DNA of 64,000 nucleotides from an uncultured Acidobacteriota bacterium (GCA_963777605.1 CAVZRV010000011.1:224001-288000); one strand, 5' to 3'. Positions 19,703-31,174 are shown, counted from the stretch's first letter. Notes: a model not told the origin generated them from the letters alone. Numbers and translations are program-made.

Positions 19703-21272
19703 TCACACGGAGCCGGTTCTGCCAAGAACCACTCGCCCGGCAACCTCGAATCGCTCGGATTTCCCATCCTTTGTGAAGACGACCGATCCTTTTCCGCCAC
19801 CTGGATCCAGCCCAGTACTCGCCCCCTTTAAAGCCAAATTGCCACAGATGGCCAAAATGCCAGAAGCGGCTGACCATTCCGGTGATCCGGGCGGGAAACC
19901 GGGGCGTCCATTGGAGAACTCCATCCGCGGTATCGTCAATCCCGAAAATACCTCTCGCGGTCGCCAGGATCAGCCCTCCCGCGTGCTCCAGATAGTCACC
20001 CTGTCCCCCCGTGCCCTGTCGAGGAACTCCGTCCATATCCAGGCACTCCGGACAGGTCTTCTCGGCGACAACGACTTCACAGTAACGCTCGAGCAGGCGA
20101 AACCCGTGGTCGAGTTGTCCGACCGCGCAGCGGGCAAGAATGTCCCCCGCTCCCAGCCTGCCAAACCAGGAGTAAGGTCGCAGCTGCTCGCCTTCGAAAC
20201 TTGAAACCCAGGATGCAAACTCGCGACTCTGCTCTTCCAGAATTTCCTGGGCAACCGGGGCGCACCAGCGTGTCGGCACGCCCTCAAAGACGCGAGGTTC
20301 GGCATCGATACGGGAAAAGATTGCGGCGGATTGACTGGAGGAGGAGAACCCGTAGGCGATGGGCCACAACTGGGAATCGAGCCAGAAGTTGTTCACTTTC
20401 CGATCCCCCCGAAAGCGAATATTGTCGTAGTAGGAGGCACCGCTCCAGAAGTACTCGTCCAGAACCCGCCTTTGTCGGGCGAAGCGGCGGCCCATCATTT
20501 CTGCCCTGCCGTCATCTCCCAGGACTCGATAAATCTGCGCGCAATGCTGCAATGCCCTTGCGTACCAGGTGTGGTAGACCGCCGTTGACCCCTCCATCCG
20601 CTCCGGACACCAGTCCACCCAGTCCGCCCCTTCCGAAACCTGCCAGTCGTTGGTGTCGACCTGGTTGACGATCCCCTTCTCGTCGGTTCTCGACTCAATG
20701 TACTCAAGACAGCGGGTCAGGGGTTCCCGATGCTCTTCCAGCACCGCGCGATCGCCCGTAGCAAGATAGATTTCCCAAATCCAGATGAGATACATCACCT
20801 GCGTGAACACCCGGTCGGCGCCCGCCAGGAGATCTTCGTTGATAAAGAATCGTCCATTGCGACGCATGTTGCGCGGAAGGCGGTCGAGATGACCTCGGAA
20901 GCAGTCCAGGAACCGACGATCCGGATGGTAACGGCTTCCCAACATCCCAAACGTCAGGTCGGGCGCCATGCAGATAGCGACCGGAAACCCTACCGGGGAA
21001 ACCGTCATCCGATACCCGGTTGGGTTGAAGAAGGACATCATGTCTTTGCGGTAGTTCCGGGGGTAAATTCGTCCGGCGATCTGGAGCGCTGTGTCCACCG
21101 ACGGACAGCCGTCGATAACCATAATCGGGCCTTCGGAGGCGGAAACGCCCTCACCGGCACCCTCGGTCATGGAAGTCCGGGGCGCGACAACAGGGACGGT
21201 CGCCAGTCCGGCGAGCGAAGCCAAGGCGGATCGCCGACTCAACCGGCCAGGTAAGGGTGTCTTCTTTCGCAT
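19703..21272 (-). CDS. Tat-exported six-hairpin glycosidase-like protein (frameshift near 19810)
   Basis: SRRSAL leader; YLATGDRAVLEE, DWVDW, LDSQLWPI typical of (alpha/alpha)6 glycoside hydrolases. Confidence 0.65.
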
Positions 21273-21516
21273 CTTCGAACAGTATGCCGGAGTGGACGTA
21301 CAATCGCCACACAGCACGCCTGTAAGAGCGTTCAATTGTCACGCGACTCCTGAATATCCCGGCCGGACAGTCCTGTCGTCCTGGAGGTCCAGGTTGAACT
21401 CACCCATCAAAATCAACCTGTCCCTTGCTCCCGTGTGACAACTAAGGCAAAGTAGAGCGGAGATCCCGCTTCTTTTCTGGTAGCGGGACTCACGCTATTG
21501 AGAGGGGGATGGGAAG

Positions 21517-23055
21517 ATGCGGAAGCTGGATGATTTGATCGGAAGTGACGGAAACAGGGAGAAGTCAGGGGAGAGCCCGGAGAATCGAAAAAACCGGGCG
21601 CAGATATCACGTCGAGCGTTCGTGGGCGGAGCGCTGGCGGCGGGTGTGGCAGCTACAAAAGCACCCGCAATACTCCGCGGTCAGAACCTGAACAACAAGC
21701 TGGACATCGCCTTCATCGGCGCCGGGGGGCGAGCCAATGCCAGCCTCAACGAACTCACTGTCACGGATGACCAACCGCCGAGAAACAATAGGCGCCGGTC
21801 GTCGACCGCTCCCGGGGTACCTCACCCGGACGAGAACGTGGTCGTCCTTTGCGACATCGACCAGAACTACCTGAACCTGGCTTCCCAGCGATACCCAAAG
21901 GCCAAGACGTTCAAGGATCTCCGTAAAGTCTTCGACAACCCGAACGCCTTTGATGCCGTCGTAGTCTCCACGGCGGAACAGGCTCACGCGTTTGCCACCT
22001 ACCTGGCATTGACCCTTGGCAAGCATGTCTATTGCGAAAAGCCTCTTGCCTACAACATTTGGGAGACACGGCTGATCCGTGAAACCGCCGCCAAATACCC
22101 GAAATTGTCGACGCAAATGGGCAATCAGGGACACGCATCCGAACGCCGCCGGACGATTCGGGAGATCCTCGACACCGGCGTTATCGGTCCGGTCCGGGAA
22201 GTCCACGTCTGGGCCGACCGTGCCTGGGGACTCCAGGACGCCGCCTCGGCCGATAAGTACGACCATCCCCACGGGTTTTACAACGGGATTCAGATTGTTG
22301 ACCGGTTCAAGGAGAAGATGCCGATCCCCGAGCACTTGAGCTGGGATCTGTGGCTCGGGGCTGCTCCGGACCGGCCGTACCATGCGACATACTTCCCCGG
22401 CCCCCGCTGGTACCGCTGGTGGGATTTCGCCAACGGCACGATGAGCGACCTCGGCAGTCACGATAATGACGTCCCCTACACGGTGCTGGACCTCTGGCGA
22501 CCCGACGGCAAGGGCGGCAAACTGCTGGCTCCATTGACCGTAGAGTCGGTCTCCTACAATGTCCCCGTGGCCCACAAAGAACTCGCTCCAGCGACCTTGC
22601 GGGCGACCTTTGAGTATCCCGCGGTCGGATCACAGCCTGCCCTCAAACTCGTCTGGCACCAGGGCGACAGCAAGCCCCCGGGATGGGTCGAAGAGTGGGG
22701 CGGCCGGTCACAAATCTTTTTTGGCGATGACGGAATGCTGCTCGGCAACGGGAAACTCCTTCCCGAAGAGAAGTTCAAGGACTTCCAGACGCCGGCGGCG
22801 ACACTGCCTCGCTCGCCCGGCCACTGGGTCGAGTGGGTCAACTACGCCAAGGGGGAGGGACCGCACCCCGGGTCGTACTTCCAGTACTCGGGCTGGACCA
22901 CCGAGGCAAATCACCTCGGCAACGTGGCCTACCGGGCCGGGAAGAAGATCGAATGGGACTACGAGAACATGCGTGCCACCAACGCTCCGGAAGCGGATCC
23001 GTTCATCAAGAGGCCCGAATACCGCAAGGGCTGGGATAACATCCTGAAGTTCTGA
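21517..23055 (+). CDS. Gfo/Idh/MocA oxidoreductase, Tat-exported
   Basis: SRRAFV, IGAGGR, HVYCEKP, QMGNQG, WDLWLG, DLGSH. Confidence 0.9.
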   Translation: MRKLDDLIGSDGNREKSGESPENRKNRAQISRRAFVGGALAAGVAATKAPAILRGQNLNNKLDIAFIGAGGRANASLNELTVTDDQPPRNNRRRSSTAPGVPHPDENVVVLCDIDQNYLNLASQRYPKAKTFKDLRKVFDNPNAFDAVVVSTAEQAHAFATYLALTLGKHVYCEKPLAYNIWETRLIRETAAKYPKLSTQMGNQGHASERRRTIREILDTGVIGPVREVHVWADRAWGLQDAASADKYDHPHGFYNGIQIVDRFKEKMPIPEHLSWDLWLGAAPDRPYHATYFPGPRWYRWWDFANGTMSDLGSHDNDVPYTVLDLWRPDGKGGKLLAPLTVESVSYNVPVAHKELAPATLRATFEYPAVGSQPALKLVWHQGDSKPPGWVEEWGGRSQIFFGDDGMLLGNGKLLPEEKFKDFQTPAATLPRSPGHWVEWVNYAKGEGPHPGSYFQYSGWTTEANHLGNVAYRAGKKIEWDYENMRATNAPEADPFIKRPEYRKGWDNILKF

Positions 23056-23383
23056 GGCCTCCCGCCGGGACGTTGCTGTTCACGATCGACCATTTGAAGT
23101 CAGATGTGATCAGCGGTCATCGTCCCGGCGAAAGCGGTCCGTTTCGACTGAATCACTGGTTCGGTCTTATTAAACTCCTACACTCCGGGATTCCGCCCGC
23201 TCACTGAATCTGAGGAAGCTTTCGCTTCCTTGCGTGGTGGCGCCGTTCCGGGTTGGGGAAAAAGCTGAACTCTTCGGTTCAGCACGACCATATCGGGCGT
23301 TGTTGTGGACCTGGGTTGGCGGCTCAGCACACGGCCGATTGGCGACGGTGAGCTTCAAGCCGTCGATGCCTTCCCCGTTTGGC

Positions 23384-23447
23384 GTGCGCGAACCGAAAGG
23401 TTCCGCTTTGAACCCTGGAACGTCGGACGGAAGCGAGCGCTTCCGCC
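23384..23447 (-). repeat. Two-hairpin dispersed element, copy 1
   Basis: Reverse complement ggcggaagcgctcgcttccgtccgacgttccagggttcaaagcggaacctttcggttcgcgcac matches copies at 53477 and 60128. Confidence 0.8.
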
Positions 23448-23702
23448 CCGGTACAACTACTCCGGGTCATCCCGGGCTTTCTCGATTAGTAGTGGTAGCG
23501 GAGGACCATCCGGCAGCAACCGGATGGTCAGGTCTCCTGCCTACGTCCATGACCAGGAGGAATTCACCGTCAGGCTCGCCGCCGCGGTGGCATTTGGACG
23601 GGCCCCACACAGCTAATTACCTCGTTGACTGGGTGAGCGATTGTGAGCAACGGTGTGATCAGTAGTGAACTGACGTGCGAATCACTCCGAGGGTAGTATC
23701 AG

Positions 23703-24131
23703 GTGTGGGCCAGTCGGCGAACGCACCCTCAATGGGCGATACGCTATGGATCAGATCGACGACGCGGAGTAGCGAAAGCCGAAATCCTGGCCAACGCCGA
23801 GACTGGCGAGGTGATGGTCCACACTTGGGACCAGAACCTCAAGAACAGTCAGCCTATCGAAAACAAGCCTTTGATGCTGGGGAGTGGCGACCATACGGTT
23901 GAGCTTCAACCTCACCCGACAGCCAGTGACCCAAGCGGTTTCTGCAGCCGGTTCTACGGGCAAGCGGATTGGTTGAGAGGGGGCCAAATGGGCCAGGGCT
24001 GGCTCGGCGGCGGCGCGGGCCAAAGCCGACAAGAGTTCTCTTGGAACAACTGTTGGAACGCCGGCGCAGCCGACGGTTCAATGTGGAATGAAATGGGTGA
24101 GCATCGCCGGGGGATGATGGAACGCAAATAA
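23703..24131 (+). CDS. Hypothetical protein (5' end uncertain or disrupted)
   Basis: Protein-like composition from AEILAN onward; no clear family. Confidence 0.4.
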   Translation: MWASRRTHPQWAIRYGSDRRRGVAKAEILANAETGEVMVHTWDQNLKNSQPIENKPLMLGSGDHTVELQPHPTASDPSGFCSRFYGQADWLRGGQMGQGWLGGGAGQSRQEFSWNNCWNAGAADGSMWNEMGEHRRGMMERK

Positions 24132-24218
24132 CCTGACGCAGGAGGGAAGGGCCTGGGAGTGGGTGAGTCGGTCTTTCAGCCGGAATTGAAGCGGAGAGCA
24201 GGTGCAACAAGATCGGCA

Positions 24219-24248
24219 GCGGTTGAAGAGCCGCGGCTCTTCAACCGC
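24219..24248. repeat. 30-bp perfect palindrome
   Basis: gcggttgaagagccg|cggctcttcaaccgc. Confidence 0.9.
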
Positions 24249-24299
24249 GATCAACGGGGACATCGTCCCCGCAGACGGAATCGGCGGAGGCTCGTACCT

Positions 24300-24400
24300 G
24301 TTGAGCCTGGCGGGGACCAACCAGTGGTTTCACCTCGTAGATCTTCTTCAGGAGTCGGGCCCAGTTGCGGCGACACTGCCGAGCAAAACGTTCGGCGAGC
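24300..24400 (-). pseudogene. IS91-family transposase C-terminal remnant
   Basis: RRNWARLLKKIYEVKPLVGP resembles the WARLxKKVYEVDPLxCP tail of IS91 transposases. Confidence 0.6.
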
Positions 24401-24699
24401 GAGTCCGTATGCACGGAACTGTCGACGTCAGTCTGCTGGGCGGCGGAAGACTTTGTTGACGTCGTTTGCCGCGCGAGGCGTTGGAATAGCGGCCGTAGTA
24501 GCGGACCACCTGTGGGCTCGGCCGGGTCGACTACGAGGCCAACGGGCGTGCAGTTGCGGCGCGCAACCTGATCCGCAGGATCTCGCTCGGCCGCCACAGG
24601 AGCATGCGCGGGCCCCAGGTTCCGGTGCCCCGGCACACGATCGCCGTCATGAACATGGCGACCCCCGATGGTGTGTCCGCCGCCTCGCCGGCCGGCCGC

Positions 24700-27288
24700 T
24701 CATCCGGGGAGCTCGGCTTGGGCCGGCGCCGTGTCGGACCGCCTGCGCAGCACCTTGAGCAGCTCGAACCACAGGATGCACACCAGGCCAGCCAGCAGGC
24801 TCAGTCCGAGCAGGTTCGCGCTCGGGGTCGCGAAGTGGAAGAGCGATTGCAGCCAGGGGACGTAGAGGACAAGTCCGAGGAGGACCAAGGTACCGCCGAC
24901 CACCCACCAGGCAGCGGCATTGGGTACGCGAAGCATCGCCAGGATGGTGCGATCCCACGAACGGTTTGCGAGGATGAGCATGAGGTTGGCGACGACCAGG
25001 GTCGCGAACGCAGCGGCACGGGCGGCATCGTCGCTCTCGCCAAACCTCCTCGCCGCGACGTAGACGAACAGGCAGGCAGCGAGGGTGCTGGCGCCCTGGA
25101 GGATGCTCAGACCCACGGACTTGCGAGAGAAGAGCCGTTCCCTCGGGTTGCGCGGCGGCCGTCTCATAATGTTGGGTTCGGCCGCTTCGGCCTCGAAGAT
25201 GAGAGAGCATGACGGGTCGATCACGAGCTCGAGGAAGACGATGTGCACCGGGAGCAGGAGCAGGGGCCAGTCGGCGAAGAACACCGGCACGATCGAAAGG
25301 CCGGCGATCGGCACGTGCACGGCGAAGACGTAGGCAATCGCCTTCTTGATGTTGTCGAAGATCCGGCGCCCGAGCCGCACCGCCGCCACGATCGCCGAGA
25401 AGCTGTCGTCGAGCAGCACCAGCGACGCCGCCTCGCGGGCCACGTCTGTCCCGCGTCCTCCCATGGCGATGCCGATGTGCGCCGCCTTGAGAGCCGGGGC
25501 GTCGTTGACGCCGTCGCCCGTCATGGCCACGACCTCGCCGCAGGCCTTGAAGGCGTTGACGATCCGCTGCTTCTGCTCGGGTACGACGCGGGCGAAGATG
25601 TTGACGTGGGGAGCGCGTGACTGGAGCTCGTCGTCGTTCATCGCGTCGATCTCGGTACCGGTGATGACCGAGCCCGGGTCCGCGATTCCAGCCTGCCGGG
25701 CAATGCTCTGGGCGGTCGTCGGGTAGTCGCCCGTGATCATGACGACCCGGATCCCTGCCCCCAGGCACTCTGCGACCGCCCCGGGCACCGCCGGGCGGAC
25801 CGGGTCCTCGAGCGCGATGAGGCCCACGAAGTCGAGGGAGAGGTCGTGCTGGTCCTCCGGGAGGTCGCGGCCGTCGATCCGTCCTGTTGCGACCCCGAGC
25901 ACACGCAGCCCCTGGGAGGCGAGCACAGCGACCCGGGCCGAGAGCTCGGACCGGCGATCCGGCGGCAGATGGCAGAGATCAGCGATCGCTTCGGGCGCGC
26001 CCTTGGAGGCCACCGTCAGGACGTCGCCGTCCCGACTCTGCCAGGCGTGCGAAAGAGCCAGGAGCTTCGGCGTCAACGGGTACTCGCGCACCAACTGCCG
26101 GGCATCGCCGTCCGATCGGCCCGGGAGCCTGTGCCTCTCCGACGCTTCGTGAATCGCGCGTTCCATGGGGTCGAACGGGTCTCGCTTGCTCGCGTACATG
26201 GCACAGTCGAGCAGTTCCCGGTGGCGCCCGTCGACCGACCCGACCTCCGCCCGCGGGTCGATGCTGACACCGTCGATCTCCAGGGCCGCCAGCGTCATCT
26301 GGTTGAGCGTGAGAGTGCCGGTCTTGTCAACGCACAGCACGGTTGCGGCGCCGAGGGTCTCGACCGCCGGCATCCTGCGCGTGAGCACCTTGCTGCGCGA
26401 AATTCGCCAGGCGCCGAGCGCGAGGAACACTGTGAGGATGACCGGGAACTCCTCCGGAAGGGTGGCCATCGCCATCGCGATCCCGGCGAGCAGCCCCTGT
26501 TTCCACGCGAGCGCGGTCCCGCCTCGGGTGAGCGCGTAGGTGACCACCACCACCGCGCAGGCCGAGAGGCCGACTAGGGCAAGCACCCTGACCAGCCTGC
26601 CGGTCTCCTTCTGGAGAAGGGTCGGCTCAGGCTCCAGCGACAGAAGCGCTTTACCGATCTTTCCCAGTTCGGTGCGGCTGCCCGTCGCGGCGACCTCGGC
26701 GATCCCCTGGCCCGCCGTCACGAGCGTACCGGAGAAGAGCGACGGCAGGTCGTCGCCGCCAGGCCTGTCGAGGGTCGCGGCATCCGGCTCGGGTTTCTTC
26801 CTGACCGGAACGGACTCGCCGGTCAACAGCGACTCGTCGGCCGAAAGGTTGATCGCCTGCCGCAGCAACGCGTCCGCCGGGACGCGGTCGCCCTCCGCGA
26901 GCACGAGCAGGTCGCCGCGTGCGACGTCGCGACCGGCGATTCGCCTCTGAACGCCGTCGCGGATCACGAGCGCTCGCGGGCTCGAGAGGTCGCGCAGCGC
27001 TTCCAGGGCGTGCTCGGTTCGCCGCTCCTGGATGATCGTGATGGCCATCACAACCACGACAAACCCGAGCAACATGAGCGCGTCCCGCGGTTCGCCCATG
27101 ATCAGGTAGAGCGCACCGGCCGCAACGAGCATGAGGAACATCGGCTCCTTCACAACGTCGAATGCGATCTTCAGCAGCGTGCGCTTCTGCTTGGTGGGCA
27201 GCTCGTTGGCGCCCTCCTCGGCAAGCCTGCGCGCCGCCTCGTCTTCGGTGAGGCCACCGATCGTAGTCAAGTCGAAACCGACGGCCAT
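24700..27288 (-). CDS. Cation-translocating P-type ATPase (P2/Ca2+-like)
   Basis: LTGES, PEEFP, DKTGTLT, KGAPE, TGDGVNDAPALK; visibly higher GC than flanks. Confidence 0.93.
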   Translation of the reverse strand: MAVGFDLTTIGGLTEDEAARRLAEEGANELPTKQKRTLLKIAFDVVKEPMFLMLVAAGALYLIMGEPRDALMLLGFVVVVMAITIIQERRTEHALEALRDLSSPRALVIRDGVQRRIAGRDVARGDLLVLAEGDRVPADALLRQAINLSADESLLTGESVPVRKKPEPDAATLDRPGGDDLPSLFSGTLVTAGQGIAEVAATGSRTELGKIGKALLSLEPEPTLLQKETGRLVRVLALVGLSACAVVVVTYALTRGGTALAWKQGLLAGIAMAMATLPEEFPVILTVFLALGAWRISRSKVLTRRMPAVETLGAATVLCVDKTGTLTLNQMTLAALEIDGVSIDPRAEVGSVDGRHRELLDCAMYASKRDPFDPMERAIHEASERHRLPGRSDGDARQLVREYPLTPKLLALSHAWQSRDGDVLTVASKGAPEAIADLCHLPPDRRSELSARVAVLASQGLRVLGVATGRIDGRDLPEDQHDLSLDFVGLIALEDPVRPAVPGAVAECLGAGIRVVMITGDYPTTAQSIARQAGIADPGSVITGTEIDAMNDDELQSRAPHVNIFARVVPEQKQRIVNAFKACGEVVAMTGDGVNDAPALKAAHIGIAMGGRGTDVAREAASLVLLDDSFSAIVAAVRLGRRIFDNIKKAIAYVFAVHVPIAGLSIVPVFFADWPLLLLPVHIVFLELVIDPSCSLIFEAEAAEPNIMRRPPRNPRERLFSRKSVGLSILQGASTLAACLFVYVAARRFGESDDAARAAAFATLVVANLMLILANRSWDRTILAMLRVPNAAAWWVVGGTLVLLGLVLYVPWLQSLFHFATPSANLLGLSLLAGLVCILWFELLKVLRRRSDTAPAQAELPG

Positions 27289-28121
27289 CAGCGGTTCTCC
27301 GCTTGGGTTCTCGTCGTCAGCCCTCCGGTCGGCATCGTGGTGGTCTCCGTCTGGTCGCTCGGTCTCGGGTCCGCGGGAGGCTGGCTTCCGCCTTTCTGAG
27401 CGCACACGGCAAGTCCAGGCTATCGATTCAAAATACGCAGCCCGTCCGGCCCCAGCCGTCCAGCCTGAGCCGATCTTAACACAGAGGCTTGTAACAGCAC
27501 GCGTGTCGCAATTTCTGCAACGCCCCGGTCAGAAAAGACGGGTTGTGGGAGAGTCAACCCGAAGAAGGGACACTCCCTTGAAAGACTTCTCACTCCGGCA
27601 GTCACCTGACTCAGCCTGGTCGCACCCCCAAAAAATCGCGCAATTGGCACGACCGCCGATGATGGACCAGGAGTAAACATCAAAACGTTTCGTTCGGTGG
27701 AAGACCAGTCGATGGGAGCCTTGGAGAGACTGGGAATCGTCGGCGCGGCAGTCCCCGCGTCACATCAAGACCATGGAAGCGACGCCGCTATAGGAAGTAC
27801 GCACAACACAACTCCACCACCAGGATCCACCAGGAAGAAAGAGTGAAGAATCTTATCCAGAACCGGGTTTACAAGGCATTTAACCCGCCTTCTCAGGATC
27901 AACTATCTCGCGACGATAAACTTCGCCCTAAAAATGACGATATGGGAATTGAGCCGGCTCAGGAGAAATTCCTGGATGGCGGAACTGTGACTAGTGGCAT
28001 GAGAACAAATACCCGCAAAGCGTTCCTGAATTCGCAACAGCGGATTCGCGAGACCGAACGACTACAACGCTAAAGGACTCATCCCGAAGGGATTTCAGCC
28101 GGAACAGATGGCGAGCACTCA

Positions 28122-29051
28122 ATGCGCATCCTGATCGCGGAAGATGAACTGATCTCGAGGAAGATCCTGGCCGGACTTCTGAACAAGTTTGGTCATGAAA
28201 TCATTACGGCGGCAGATGGAAACCAGGCCTGGCAGTTGATGCAGGGACCGGAAGCACCAAAACTGGCCATCCTGGACTGGAATATGCCCGGACTGGATGG
28301 AGTTGAAATCTGCCGCCGGATTCGGACGACCGCGGACCCTAACCCACCATTCATCATCCTCCTGACTGCGAGAGCGGATGAACAAAGCATCGTTGAGGGG
28401 TTGGATGCGGGCGCCAACGACTACCTCACCAAGCCATACAAGACCGAGGAACTTCGTGCACGAATCTCCGTCGGGGAGCGAATGCTCCAGCTGCAATCGG
28501 ACCTTTTTGAGGCAAAAGAGAGGTTAGCTCACGAAGCCATGCACGACTCTCTGACCGGAGTGTTCAACCGGCGCGCCATTCTCGAAGCGCTGCCGCGAGA
28601 GCTGACGCGGGCGGACCGCCAGTACTCCAACTTGAGCATCGGGTTGTGCGACATCGATCTCTTCAAGAGCATCAACGACCTCTTCGGGCACCAGGTCGGC
28701 GACGAAGTTTTGAAGGGCGTAGTCCAAATTCTCCGCTGCAACCTCCGACAATATGATCTTATCGGTCGGTACGGTGGAGAAGAATTCCTGGTCATAGCTC
28801 CCTCGTCCACAGAAAACCCCGCCTTTGCTCTTTACGAAAGGCTTTGCAAGTCAGTTTCTGACTCAGTCATCGCGGCACGACAGCAAGAGGTTCGCGTGAG
28901 TATCAGCATCGGCGTGGCTGCAACTGGTGGACAGCGAAGGATGGACGATCTGCTCGCAGAGGCCGATGCGGCACTCTACAAAGCCAAAGCGGATGGGCGA
29001 AACCGGGTTCGATACGCGTCCAGAGACCTCGCTGAAAACCTCATCTCCTGA
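28122..29051 (+). CDS. Response-regulator diguanylate cyclase (REC-GGDEF)
   Basis: ILIAED, LDWNMP, DYLTKP; GGEEF with RQYD (RxxD) I-site. Confidence 0.93.
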   Translation: MRILIAEDELISRKILAGLLNKFGHEIITAADGNQAWQLMQGPEAPKLAILDWNMPGLDGVEICRRIRTTADPNPPFIILLTARADEQSIVEGLDAGANDYLTKPYKTEELRARISVGERMLQLQSDLFEAKERLAHEAMHDSLTGVFNRRAILEALPRELTRADRQYSNLSIGLCDIDLFKSINDLFGHQVGDEVLKGVVQILRCNLRQYDLIGRYGGEEFLVIAPSSTENPAFALYERLCKSVSDSVIAARQQEVRVSISIGVAATGGQRRMDDLLAEADAALYKAKADGRNRVRYASRDLAENLIS

Positions 29052-29055
29052 CAGT

Positions 29056-29565
29056 TCATTCGTTTCGCGGAACTTCCGTAACCTCTTCCACTCGCAACAG
29101 GACACCGCCTAAACGCTTTTCCGTTGAAATCAGGAATCGGAGGTTTCGGCTATTGCCCTCTGATCGAACGGGACGCTCCCCGGCGGCTTCGGTCACTGTT
29201 TTTCCCGTCCTCATCGTCTTAGTGATCGAGTTTCGGATGACGCAACCGTCACAATGCGCTGTTCTTCCACAACCTCCCGGCAACCGGGCATATGCACAAT
29301 CAATCACTTCTCCCCCAAGTTTCCCTTCAATCTGCTCAGGAGACTTACCGACCAATCGACAGGCAGCCTCGTTACCAGCTTGAATCCGAGTGTCGGAGCC
29401 AACCAGAAATACCGGTTGAGAGAACTCGTTCAGAAGTTCCACGAGCGGCACTGAGGGGTGCTCCAATTGTTCGGCGCAGGGCGAACAGATCCCGTGTGTT
29501 AGGGAAGAGGACTGGGAATCCTGTTTCGTCAGTCTCTCACCACACCATGCGCACGCTGCGTTCAT
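29056..29565 (-). CDS. Cys-rich PAS-domain protein
   Basis: CAWC...HGICSPC N-terminus, PAS-like core, CG..HC.GC motif. Confidence 0.65.
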   Translation of the reverse strand: MNAACAWCGERLTKQDSQSSSLTHGICSPCAEQLEHPSVPLVELLNEFSQPVFLVGSDTRIQAGNEAACRLVGKSPEQIEGKLGGEVIDCAYARLPGGCGRTAHCDGCVIRNSITKTMRTGKTVTEAAGERPVRSEGNSRNLRFLISTEKRLGGVLLRVEEVTEVPRNE

Positions 29566-29654
29566 CGTCCAAGTGGTCCCGTTAAAGCCGTCATCGGAGA
29601 GAGTTCAATCCCATCCTCAATATCGACTGAAACACCCTTCCCATTAGACGGCAT

Positions 29655-30224
29655 TCAGCGTCTCCCGGATCTTCGCCGAAAAGGATTCGATTGTGAACGG
29701 CTTCTGGAGAAACTGCACTGACCCATCCAGAATTCCATGGTGGACAATGCCTTCAGCCGGGTAGCCTGAAATGAACAAGTGTCTGAGTCTGGGATGACTT
29801 GCAAGCAACCGTTCAAGCCACTCCGGACAGTCAACTCCGGCATGACAACATCGGTAATCAACAAATCAACATCGCCGTCATGCTGCTGGGCGAGCTTGAC
29901 CCCCGCCCGTGGCGATGAAGTAGCAAGCACTTCGTACCCAAGGCGATCCAATGCCGTTTGAGCAGTTCTCAGGATAGCGGGTTCAACAGCCCGGTCAAGC
30001 GTTTCGGGTTCCATTCCGACGCTGTCATCAGACACGGACATTATTACGAAATCGCCCTGGAGGTTGTCTCGGATTGGATCGGCATGGACCAGTTCCTCGA
30101 TCGCCGTGTTTCCGAGAATGGTCTGGATCATGTCTTTGAAGTCATGCGCAATACCCCCAGCCAAGCGCCCGATGGAGTCCATTTTTTGGGCACGCAGAAG
30201 CTGCGCCTGCAGTCTTTCCCCCAT
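29655..30224 (-). pseudogene. Degenerate hybrid histidine kinase/receiver fragments
   Basis: [18 protein letters not shown] joined to VSDDSVGM and [10 protein letters not shown] with large deletions. Confidence 0.75.
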
Positions 30225-30239
30225 TCACTCCCAATCAAA

Positions 30240-30298
30240 GCACGAGGGCTCGGGGCACGAGAGGGCTCGGGGGGCACGAGGGTTCGGGGGACACTCCC
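30240..30298 (+). repeat. 3x gcacgagggctcgggg-like tandem repeat ending in GGGGACACTCCC
   Basis: Read directly. Confidence 0.75.
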
Positions 30299-30480
30299 TC
30301 CTCCCTGATCCGAGCGCCAGGTCGAGATCAGGGAGGACGGGGACTAACAATCGGGATTCAAGCGAGGGCGCCATTTTGGCTGGGCCTCCAGGAATCTAAC
30401 CGAATCCGATACAAGTTCGTGCAATAATCGCTATCAGTCAATCCTAATCGGTACAAGCAACAGGAGAGGGGCAACCACGG

Positions 30481-31140
30481 GTGTTCCTGGGCCATTACGG
30501 CATCGGACTTGGCGCAAAAGGTGCCGCTCCTAGAGTCTCTTTGGGGACACTGTTCCTGGCGGCTCAGTTCTTGGACCTGCTTTGGCCTACTCTGATCTTG
30601 GTCCACTTGGAGACGGTCAAAATCAAACCAGGTGCAACCAAGCTCACTCCGCTCAATTTCGTGAGTTACCCCATCTCGCACAGCCTACTGATGGCATTGG
30701 TCTGGGGTTTACTTATTGGCGGTGTCTACTGGCTTCAGAAGAGAAACACGAGAGGAGCCTTGGTAGTCGGCATCTGCGTCGTGAGTCACTGGCTTCTTGA
30801 TATGGTCGTACACAGACCGGACCTCCCGCTCTTTCCTGGTGGGTCGTTTCGAGCAGGACTGGGTCTCTGGAATATGCCCGCGAGGGCCATATTCGTGGAA
30901 GGATTAGTGTTTCTCTTTGGGCTCACGATCTATGGGCGCATCACCAAGGCCAAGAACACGTCTGGCCGGATAGGTTTCGGGGCCCTGGTCTTGATATTGT
31001 CCTTGATCTACATCGCAAACATCGCTGGTCCGCCGCCACCAAGTACCGGCGCAATTGCTTGGGCGGGTCAACTCCAGTGGATATTTGTTGCCTGGGCGTA
31101 TTGGATTGATCGGAACCGGACGGCGAAGGTGCCTGCGTGA
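30481..31140 (+). CDS. Membrane-bound metal-dependent hydrolase family protein
   Basis: MFLGHY, DLLWP, SHSL, SHWLLDMVVHRPDL. Confidence 0.8.
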   Translation: MFLGHYGIGLGAKGAAPRVSLGTLFLAAQFLDLLWPTLILVHLETVKIKPGATKLTPLNFVSYPISHSLLMALVWGLLIGGVYWLQKRNTRGALVVGICVVSHWLLDMVVHRPDLPLFPGGSFRAGLGLWNMPARAIFVEGLVFLFGLTIYGRITKAKNTSGRIGFGALVLILSLIYIANIAGPPPPSTGAIAWAGQLQWIFVAWAYWIDRNRTAKVPA

Positions 31141-31174
31141 TGACCTATGCTCCGTTTAGGCCATCGGAAAGCGG

